A stretch of 64,000 bases of DNA from Octopus vulgaris. Lineage: Eukaryota. Shown piece by piece: positions 26,496 to 64,000 of this stretch. The stretch is from NCBI GenBank assembly GCA_951406725.2, contig CATOCA020000001.1:9300001-9364000 (forward strand), given 5' to 3'. Position numbers and translations under genes: made by a program. The stretch's first letter is position 1; every line of letters starts with the position of its first letter. The notes below the pieces were generated by a model, which searched no databases, was not told the DNA's origin, and saw nothing but the letters and a program-made list of their open reading frames with translations.

Positions 26496-27815
26496 CGTTT
26501 GTTTGCGTTTGTATTTGTATTTGTACGTGTGTGACTTTGTACCGTTTCCTTGATTGCCACATGAGCATTGCGCTTGTTTTGCTTCCGTCCCAGGACCTAG
26601 CAGTTTGACAATAGACACCGAACCAATAAGTACAACACTTACAAAATAAATTAAGTGTCACGCTACGTACATTCAAGCAAAACTGTTCAAGACGTTGCCC
26701 CAGCATGGTCGCAGAACACTCATTGGAACAAATAAAGTTGAAAAATAATGAACGAAATAATACATTTATAAACAGGCGTGGCTGTGTGGTAAGGAGCTTC
26801 AGTCTCAAGCACATGGTTCTAGGTTCAATCCAACTGCATCACAACTAGAGCAACTATTTTCTATTATAACCTTAGGCCGACTAAAGTCTGGTAAGTGGAT
26901 TTGGTAGATAGAAACTGAAAGAAGCCCATCAGGGGATATGTATATATCCCCTCATGACTATATTTCATTGTTGTTTCAGTTTTGTTCCCTTTTTGAATCT
27001 CATTCATGTACTACTTTGCAGTAGTAGACAGAGCATATAGATAGGTGTTAATCTGCCTGAATGAGGGTCCATTACACTGCTGTAAATAGACATACCCAAT
27101 TTCGTTAAAAGCTTTTAGTATTATATCTGGTGGGTTTTTTTTTACTTTGGTAGAGAATACTCTCTTCTCGAGAGAGCACTTCAAAGCGGGAGTTGTTTTT
27201 TTTCGGGTTTTGTTTCACTTTTTTGTAGCAGTTAAATAGATCAGTATTCAATCCATAACTTCAAGTGTAATGATTTTGTAATTACAGTTTCTTCTATAAA
27301 TACAGTTAGAAAGAGCTGAACAGGGATGAAGATAATGGCTAGCTTGCAAAAAGTTGATTAGCACCACCAAAAAGGGTGAATAGTAACATAACCTAGTTCT
27401 TCTGAACTATACCCGCCCCTTGTTCAGTGAGGTCAACATCAACCTCTAGCTATTATTAGAACAGAATCTAAGACATACGTGCTACAATTCAGTTGGAATG
27501 AACTCTCCATCCGTTAGGATGGAAAATATAACAGTCAATGTTTGCCCTGATAGCAGTAAGCTTTGTCCCTGATGAAGGCTTTTGCTTTTCTCAAATTCAT
27601 AAAGCAATTTAATTGCATAAATATGCATTTAAGTAATAAACCAAAAGGCGCGTACGCAACATGAATTGACTTTTATAATAAATATATTGATTATTCTATC
27701 TATGCTTTTCCATTTTCTTCAAGTTTTTATATTTTACATTTTTATATTTTTATATTTATATGTATATGGAAAAATAATTTTTTCATAATTTTTTCACAAT
27801 TATAACAAATTAAAT

Positions 27816-27925
27816 TCTCTGAAGAGGCCGTGGGGCATCCTTGTTAATGCCTCATTTATACCTGCCTTTATGGCTTATAGGTTAAATGAGGTATGACTGC
27901 CCTTACTGCCGAAACAGCTGTCAGA
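27816..27925 (+). ncRNA. Type I hammerhead ribozyme motif with ~85-nt extended stem II
   Basis: TCT-CTGAAGA-GGC...GCC-GAAA-CAGCT-GTC|AGA; internal pairings GGGGCA/TGCCCT and ATGCCTCATTTA/TAAATGAGGTAT; GUC site after 27922. Confidence 0.82.
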
Positions 27926-28110
27926 TATGATATAATTACATATTATATTTTATATTTTATATTTCTATTTCCTTGTCTATTTATATTTACTATATATGTT
28001 GTATAATGCCTTTACTGATATGTAATGGTGTAATAAAGTATTGATTGGGTATCATCTGATGGTTGATGTTTTATTGATTTAAGTATGTTTCTCCATTTTC
28101 TAATTTTGTA

Positions 28111-28204
<94 letters not shown>

Positions 28205-28612
28205 TTGCTTCTCTTTTGTTACCAATGCATTTAAATCCTAAGAGCGAATCATTTTCAAACTTTGCATGAAAGGTCCTCGGATTCAGTTATAAGTTCTCCT
28301 CAAATTTGGACCTATTTTTGTTTAAGGCACGGAAAATAATCCTGATTTAACGAAAATTTGTCCGACGTCAGCGATAGGTAGCCCATTAAGTTGGAATTTC
28401 TTCGTTTTGACGGATTTTTCAGGGTCCTTTTTATTCACGGTGCCCTTGGAAATAATGTGGAGAATCTTTTTAACAAGAAACGAAATTAAATGTCTCCCCC
28501 TCCACTCCCAATCTTCTCCATCCGAGCCTATTTTAGTCGATTTTGTGGGCACTATGCACAATGAGTTTTGGAGGTATTACGCATTTGAAAACTATAGGAA
28601 AAGCCTTTCCGG

Positions 28613-28708
<96 letters not shown>

Positions 28709-28738
28709 GTATGTATGTATATCTATATATATATACAT

Positions 28739-28770
<32 letters not shown>

Positions 28771-29584
28771 TCAGAGTGAGCGTTAATTGACTTAATGTGA
28801 AGCAGTGCCTGGATTCGGCGGCGCCCTAAGCACCACTTGAGAGTCTATCGGACGTACTCTTGCCTTTATTTGGCGATTCGCTCGAGTCGTTCACTCTGAC
28901 AAAACTTCGAGTCAGCGGCGGAATACTCATTACTTAAAAGACACAACAACACACAAACTAGTACTCGATCTGGCGTCTGTGGTGAAGACACAAATCCTTA
29001 GGCTTGTACACAATGAGGTCGCGAGACAGAGCATAGGCGGCTATTGCAGCAACAGAAATCACTTAACGTATAACACGATCAAACACTTGGGATCGATCGA
29101 TTCTTAGAGGCTATGGTGTATGTTCGATTTGGCGGCACAATGCGTAGCACGTAAAATGTATCGGATTTACTACGGCCATTTATCGAAACATCGATCGACT
29201 CGTTCACTCTTATGCCTCGAGACATTGTACAGGGTCGATGCGGCAGCAGTAGGTTTCCCTTGGTGCATAACAGATGGACATACGCACTCACATTGGACCA
29301 AGCGCATATTCTCGAAATGACTACGGCGAAGCTTCGATTGGGAGGCACAATACACAGCATTAAAAATGTAACACTTCTCAGATATCCTGCCCGGTCGTGA
29401 CATCCAACAGTTTCCGATTGGATCAAACCTCCTGTACCACCTGAGATTCCCACCTATTTGCCTGGACTTAGTGGACATACTGAATGTATGCGGTCTCACC
29501 CGGCCGGATCAGCAGAAGATTGAATTTAGTAACGATTTCCTCGTTCGTCTCGGCGAGGTTTGTGGCCCTCGCTATTGCTCGTAC

Positions 29585-29855
29585 GAGAGCATCATAACTT
29601 AACAGAAAAAACAAACTTAAAAGTGCGCATTTCCACTTGCAGTTCTCTGCTAAGGAGAAAGAAATGGTCCATTTGTGAAAAGAATGTTGACGTGTGATGA
29701 GAAATGGGTTATTTTTAATACCATAAAAGAAAAACGTCCTGGGGAAAACGAGATGAACCACCTTCAATTTTTCCAAAACCTAGTCTGTATCCGAAGAAGG
29801 TGATGCTCTGTATCTGGTGAGATTGGAAGGGTATTTTATATTACGAGCTACGTTC
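29585..29855 (+). mobile_element. Mariner transposase fragment
   Basis: HNLTEK...PFVKRMLTCDEKWVIF...PKKVMLCIW*DWKGILYYEL. Confidence 0.85.
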
Positions 29856-30387
29856 ACAAAATCGATTATTTTTTATTTGTTTAGTCGACCAAATCGACCC
29901 CGGGATTTATTATTTGTAAGCCCAGTACTTATTCTATCGGTCTCTTTTTGCCGAACCGCTAAGTGACGGGGACGTAAACACACCAGCATCGGTTATCAAG
30001 CAATGCTAGGGGGACAAACACAGACACAGAAACATACATACATATATATACTTCTGTCGCCGGCAGAAGTAAGTGCGATTTGTGTTGGTTTCTTTTTTAT
30101 TCATTGCACCGTGAGAACCATCGCCAATATTGTAGTGATAGTGATAATCACAAACACCATTTCTAACAACGCAGTCACTTTTAGGATAGACATCATCAAA
30201 ATATCAACACTGCTGTTGTCGTCGCAATCATCGTCGTCATCATCATCATCATAATCACTACCTTCATCATCGTCGTCGGTGTCGTCTTCGTTGTCGACGT
30301 CGTCCAGATGGGGGGAACACATACGCCACAGAAACCGGGAAACCGGACCCATGAGCCTGGCAAGGCTTGAAAAGGGCGACGTTTATC

Positions 30388-30457
<70 letters not shown>

Positions 30458-30631
30458 GTATATATTAGAACGTTTGGAGATGATGTACAGATATTTAATA
30501 TTAGAAGAAATGAAGTACTCAGAAATTCGGATGGTTTTATATTTACAGATATTTATTTGTATATTACATGTTTTTATACATCATATAACTTATATCATAT
30601 ATTAGCGCTTTTGTCTATTCTGGTGGAGTTT

Positions 30632-57934
<27,303 letters not shown>

Positions 57935-57994
57935 CTGCAAGAGTCGTATATATATATATATATAATTACATACAAAAACATACATATATGTGTG

Positions 57995-58042
<48 letters not shown>

Positions 58043-59098
58043 GTGTGTGTATGTGTGTGTGTGTGTGTAAACACAAAGCCAGTCAATAATGATGTGGCGT
58101 TTTATCTACTGTCAGTCAGAATCGGAGATAATATAACGGACTATAAAAATGATGTATTCCGACTAAAGATAAGATGGTGGATAGAATAGTCTTTTTATTG
58201 ACCAGCACAAATATCACATTCAGTGAGATTAACAGTTTCACCTATCACTAAATGGAGTTGATTGTCTGAATTTCATGAAATACAAATTATTCTTATTCTC
58301 TTACTACGGTCTACTGCATGTTCATGTCTCAGCATATTTATGGTCAATATAAAAGTCCGTATGTACTTACATACGTACAAATTATGTACATATCGGTTAT
58401 ATTAGATAGCCCATGTTCAATTTCTACCAACTGAGGTCTGATGTGGAGGCCGTGAATTTGAGTTTGGTTTGATGAGCCTACTCTGACAAACTGGTTCTAA
58501 CTGGCTTGGCAGAGGGGTACAATTTTTTATACTCTTACCCAGGAGTAGTTAAAGTGATTAAGTCAACACACACACGCACACACAGCCATTACTTATTTTA
58601 TTGATCCCGAAAGGACGAAAGGCAGAGTCAGCCTCGGTGGAATTTGAACTCAAAACGTAAGACGTACGAAATACCGTTAAACATTTTGTCCGGCGTGCCA
58701 ACGACTCTTCTAGCTCACCGCAGAATATATAGTGAGTCAAATAATAATTACATACGCACATAAATACTTATCTGTATACTCTTACTCTTTACTCTTTTAC
58801 TCTTTTACTTGTTTCAGTCATTTGACTGCGGCCATGCTGAGCACCGCCTTTAGTCGAGCAAATCGACCCCGGACTTATTCTTTAGCCCAGTACTTATTCT
58901 ATCGGTATCTTTAGCCGATCCGCTAAGTGACGGGGACGTAAACACACCAGTATCGGTTGTCAAGCAATGTTATATATATATACATATATACGACAGGCTT
59001 CTTTCAGTTTCCGTCTACCAAATCCACTCACAATATTGGTCGGCCCGGGGCTATAGCAGAAGACACTTATATGGATGAACCCGGAACCATACCCTGCG

Positions 59099-59178
<80 letters not shown>

Positions 59179-59257
59179 TAGATAGATAGATAGATAGGCG
59201 CAGGAGTGGCTGTGTGGTAAGTAGCTTGATTACAGGTTGCTTCTACGCATGTGCGAG

Positions 59258-59294
59258 TCAGTGTTGTGTTTGGCACTGAAGCGGTGAAGACGTG
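59258..59294 (+). promoter_or_regulatory. Possible internal Inr+DPE Pol II promoter of the ORF1-only element
   Basis: TCAGT (A at 59260) and AGACG at about +29. Confidence 0.3.
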
Positions 59295-59866
59295 CTTTTG
59301 AAGCCGCCTTAAATTGAAAATTTTTGAAGCCCCATTGTAAGGTAAGATTCTGTTTTCTGGGTCCAGTGGGAATTTTTGTTGAAAATTGTTTTTTACAGGC
59401 AGGAAGTCCTACTGGATTCAGAATTCTGATTCTGCCGACATGGGGCAAATATATTTTTCTCGCTGAATTGTGAGAATTATGGGGGGATCGTATTCGTCTT
59501 CGATAATTGAGTGAATATTTTTCTCACCTAATTATGAGAATTGTATTGTGCTGTGAAGAACTTTAAGAATTGTGAGAACTGTTATTTAGGGGAGTGTTTT
59601 GCCTCCGAAGTTTGAACAATTTTTACCAATTTTACACCAATTTTTGTGGAAGTTGTGTTCCAGTTGCGGCGTTCCGGGTTCAATTTAGGCCGGGAGTACC
59701 GAATGGCCAGAAGATATTTTGCTGTGTTATTGACTTTCTTTTGAAATTTATTTGACTTTCTCCTTTTTTGTTTATTGCAACTTTCTTCTGATTTCTTTTT
59801 CTTCTCGCTTTTTAAGTTTTATTTTGAATATATTTAAAAAAAGAAGAAAAAAAAACAAAAAAAAAC

Positions 59867-61129
59867 ATGGCAATGAAAAATGACAAAATTTTGGAATGGG
59901 AGATCATACCGCCTAAAAAGTGGTTAAAATACCGTGAAGATAGGACGGTGGTGTTGAGAACCTACTCCAAGGCACTCGACACCATCGCCCTGTTCGAAAA
60001 GACGGCAATTGAAAAGGAGTTGGCAGAGTATTTGCCAACAATTAAATTCATTTCCAGGGGTGTCAAATATGCAACGGTGTGGTTGCTATTTGACACCCCT
60101 GAAGAGGCTTGCAAATTTGCTAGTAAACCCCTGGAGGGTAAAGGAATTTTATTCCTGCCCACGTACCAAAAAAAGAGACTGACGAAAGCTTGGATTTGCG
60201 GGCTGCCACCCGGGATAGAACCCGAGTGGATAGAGGAGACTATCCGCCGGGGTCTGGGTAGCAGCGAAACTAAGCTCCTTAATGTGAAAGTTCTTCCTGC
60301 GGCTGCTTGGGTTGGGTCAAAAGCAATTTTGACCCTTTGGACCCAATCAGCCAATCTGGTTCTTCCAGATTTTTTTTAAATGGCCGGATGCAAGTACCCG
60401 GTGATGCTTGAAGGTCGCCCCCCTAAGTGTCATCGGTGCTTGGAGTCCGGCCATATAAAGAAGAACTGTCCCCGGGAACAAAATAGGATCCCGGAACAGT
60501 CAAGTGAAACCCATGTAGAAGAGGGAATGATAACGGCCGAGGAAGCAGAGGACTCCTCAAACAGAGGCCAAAAGAGGAAGGTGAGCAACAATGGGTGCTC
60601 ACCAAAGGATACTAGGGATGAGGAGGGAAAGGCGAATCTTCCGGCCACGGAGGAGACGCACCCTCCCTCAGTTGAAAAGAAAAAAAAGAAAAAGAGGAAG
60701 AGAAACGGGACATTACCGGCAGTTGGTGACATAGTACCGGAATGTCCCGGAACTACGTTGGTTGGGGTTGTGCAACCGACGGGAGAAGAAACACCGTTGG
60801 CGGGAACTGTGCCGCCAACGAAAGAATTGAATATCCCGCACCCGAGCAAAAACGATGTTTTGATCCTCTTCCATAGAGGCGGAGAGATTGAAAAGGTGAT
60901 GGAAAAGCACCACAAGGGAGCACCTTTAGCCTTCACACAGGACCCCGAATGGCCTCCGCAGGTAGCTGTGGAGGCCGTGGCGTTCGACGTGACGCTTGGG
61001 CTGAAGGAGCTCAATGATGATTATAGCTTGGTCCCGGGCGACGCTAACTCGGAACTCGATTACATTCTGAGGGAGGCGTGGTGGATGGTGGAGGATGCGG
61101 GTACAGGTTATTTTGAGGACGAGTCATAA
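59867..61129 (+). pseudogene. LINE ORF1/gag-like protein (~420 codons) with one in-frame TAA at 60377-60379
   Basis: ORFs 59867-60379 and 60380-61129 share a frame; CCHC knuckle CHRCLESGHIKKNC; basic KKKKKKRKR stretch; similar to the ORF1 remnant at 8700-8890. Confidence 0.82.
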
Positions 61130-61649
61130 ATTGTGATATGACTTGAGGGGCCCCGACCTAGAGCTGGCGCATTCCTAAGGGAAGTGTAAACCAGGTCTGG
61201 GAGGAGGGGCTTTGTGTATTGTATTTATATATATTATATGTAATTATTGAACCATTTTGTTGTTATTAATGGACTGTTAAGTCCAAATATTGAAAAGTTG
61301 TAAAAATTGTAAGAGGTTTAATACTTCGTTTTGTGTTTGTTTTTAAAAGAACAATGTTTTAGAGAAGCAGAAGTCGGCGGGCGCTTCTTGTCTTCTCCCA
61401 TCCCCATCATCCTTCTTTCATTATCATTCATTTCATTAATGTCCTCGTCCAGCCCGCAAAGCTAACTTACTCTATGTACTGCCTTAATGGCAAATGTTAT
61501 GAAATAAATTAGCTTGTTTACCAACAACATGGTTCCGGATTCAGTCCCACTGCGTGGCACCTTGGGCAACTGTATTCTACTATAGCCTCGGTCCGACGAA
61601 GGCCTTGTGAGTGGATTTGGTAGACGGAAACTAAAAGAAGCCCGTCGTA

Positions 61650-61697
<48 letters not shown>

Positions 61698-61976
61698 TGT
61701 GTGTGTGTGTGTGTGTTTGTGTCTGTTTGTGTTTGTCTCCCTAGCATTGCTTGACAACCGATGCTGGTGTGTTTATGTCCCCGTCACTTAGCGGTTCGGC
61801 AAAAGAGACCGATAGAATAAGTACTGGGCTTACAAAAGAATAAGTCCCGGGTTCGAGTTGCTCGATTAAAGGCGGTGCCCCAGCATGGCCGCAGTCAAAT
61901 GACTGAAACAAGTAAAAGGGTAAAGAGTAAAATAGTATATTTTATTATATATATATATATACATATATATATATAC

Positions 61977-62042
<66 letters not shown>

Positions 62043-62187
62043 CATGTATTTAACATGTATTTATATATTTATGTATTTATGTTTGAGTGGATCAGGCGAA
62101 ACTTCAAATAGCTGTTGTTTTAACGAAATCAATATTTACTAAAGATATTGAACCCATTATTTGTTTGATGCTTTCCTTTTCTTCGGT

Positions 62188-62238
<51 letters not shown>

Positions 62239-62479
62239 CGTGTGTGTGTGCGTGTGCGCCTGCTTATATGTGCAGAAAGAAAGAGAAAGAAAGGAAAAGA
62301 GAGAAAGCAAATATCTACTCACAGCTTTTGATACGTTCTTAGCAGAGATTTTATATTCGCTGAACTTTTTAAAAGTCAAATGGAATACGAAGAAATTGGT
62401 CCAGTCTATGGAAGGATAAAGAAGATAATCATTGCCTTTATAAATGAGGCACACATCAAAGATTCGCACAAACCGACAT

Positions 62480-64000
62480 ACGTGTGTTCGTTCTTTCTGC
62501 ATAGCATCTACCTCGCTCTGTCTGTGTACGTGTGTTCGTTCTGTCTGCATAGCATCTACCTCGCTCTGTCTGTGTACGTGTGTTCGTTCTGTCTGCATAG
62601 CATCTACCTCGCTCTGTCTGTGTACGTGTGTTCGTTCTGTCTGCATAGCATCTACCTCTCTGTCTGTGTCGGTGTTGTTCTGTCTGCATAGTACCTCGCT
62701 CTGTCTGTCGTGTGTTCTGTCTGCATAGCATCTACCTCGCTCTGTCTGTGTTCGTGTGTTCGTTCTGTCTGCATAGCATCTACCTCGCTCTGTCTGTGTA
62801 CGTGTGTTCGTTCTGTCTGCATAGCATCTACCTCGCTCTGTCTGTGTACGTGTGTTCGTTCTGTCTGCATAGCATCTACCTCGCTCTGTCTGTGTACGTG
62901 TGTTCGTTCTGTCTGCATAGCATCTACCTCGCTCTGTCTGTGTTCGTGTGTTCGTTCTGTCTGCATAGCATCTACCTCGCTCTGTCTGTGTTCGTGTGTT
63001 CGTTCTGTCTGCATAGCATCTACCTCGCTCTGTCTGTGTTCGTGTGTTCGTTCTGTCTGCATAGCATCTACCTCGCTCTGTCTGTGTTCGTGTGTTCGTT
63101 CTGTCTGCATAGCATCTACCTCGCTCTGTCTGTGTTCGTGTGTTCGTTCTGTCTGCATAGCATCTACCTCGCTCTGTCTGTGTTCGTGTGTTCGTTCTGT
63201 CTGCATAGCATCTACCTCGCTCTGTCTGTGTTCGTGTGTTCGTTCTGTCTGCATAGCATCTACCTCGCTCTGTCTGTGTTCGTGTGTTCGTTCTGTCTGC
63301 ATAGCATCTACCTCGCTCTGTCTGTGTTCGTGTGTTCGTTCTGTCTGCATAGCATCTACCTCGCTCTGTCTGTGTTCGTGTGTTCGTTCTGTCTGCATAG
63401 CATCTACCTCGCTCTGTCTGTGTTCGTGTGTTCGTTCTGTCTGCATAGCATCTACCTCGCTCTGTCTGTGTTCGTGTGTTCGTTCTGTCTGCATAGCATC
63501 TACCTCGCTCTGTCTGTGTTCGTGTGTTCGTTCTGTCTGCATAGCATCTACCTCGCTCTGTCTGTGTTCGTGTGTTCGTTCTGTCTGCATAGCATCTACC
63601 TCGCTCTGTCTGTGTTCGTGTGTTCGTTCTGTCTGCATAGCATCTACCTCGCTCTGTCTGTGTTCGTGTGTTCGTTCTGTCTGCATAGCATCTACCTCGC
63701 TCTGTCTGTGTTCGTGTGTTCGTTCTGTCTGCATAGCATCTACCTCGCTCTGTCTGTGTACGTGTGTTCGTTCTGTCTGCATAGCATCTACCTCGCTCTG
63801 TCTGTGTTCGTGTGTTCGTTCTTGTCTGCATAGCATCTACCTCGCTCTGTCTGTGTTCGTGTGTTCGTTCTGTCTGCATAGCATCTACCTCGCTCTGTCT
63901 GTGTTCGTGTGTTCGTTCTGTCTGCATAGCATCTACCTCGCTCTGTCTGTGTTCGTGTGTTCGTTCTGTCTGCATAGCATCTACCTCGCTCTGTCTGTGT
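62480..64000. repeat. 48-bp tandem minisatellite, ~31 copies, runs off the window end
   Basis: Unit CTGCATAGCATCTACCTCGCTCTGTCTGTGT(T/A)CGTGTGTTCGTTCTGT; 16-aa periodicity in ORFs. Confidence 0.98.

Larger units (their letters stand above)
59229..61509 (+). mobile_element. ORF1-only (HAL1-like) non-autonomous Tx1/L1-related retroelement with 7-bp TSD TAGCTTG
   Basis: TSD at 59222-59228 and 61510-61516; ~640-nt 5' UTR, single gag-like reading frame, ~380-nt 3' UTR ending GAAATAAAT; no EN or RT. Confidence 0.8.
59197..61930 (+). mobile_element. OK/OR-like composite SINE split by a 2.3-kb insertion
   Basis: Head GGCGCAGGAGTGGCTGTGTGGTAAGTAGCTTG at 59197-59228 resumes as TAGCTTGTTTACCAAC...GGTTCC at 61510. 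Confidence 0.88.

Noticed and set aside
58430-58520. Possible snoRNA or ribozyme (CTGA/TGATGA motifs)
   Set aside because: Boxes are not in a convincing order with a terminal stem, and there is no GAAA core
62104-63975. 623-aa ORF, or a CRISPR-like array
   Set aside because: Head-to-tail 48-bp units with no unique spacers; eukaryotic context; the ORF follows from unit length being divisible by 3

Overview
AT-rich, repeat-dense animal genomic DNA; the SINE families and gene type suggest an octopod cephalopod (inference). The one host gene I can support is a minus-strand adhesion GPCR (ADGRG-like: SEA-like segment, HormR, GAIN/GPS, 7TM). I reconstructed 14 GT-AG exons between 57934 and about 30842 with consistent splice phases. 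Two anomalies stand out: a 1-nt frameshift in exon 46302-46459, and a C-terminus that runs into a (TA)n microsatellite. The rest is microsatellites, a 48-bp minisatellite, tRNA-derived SINEs and decayed mobile elements (R4/Dong-like, Tx1/L1-like and CR1-like LINEs, Ty3/Gypsy, Tc1/mariner, Naiad-type Penelope-like elements). Most notable: (i) a 2.3-kb TSD-bounded ORF1(gag)-only retroelement with no RT, inserted into a SINE head (59229-61509); (ii) several type I hammerhead ribozyme motifs with unusually long stem II, two of them forming a ~410-bp palindrome; (iii) several long fold-back palindromes, mostly next to (TA)n tracts. All calls come from manual reading and translation; no searches were run.
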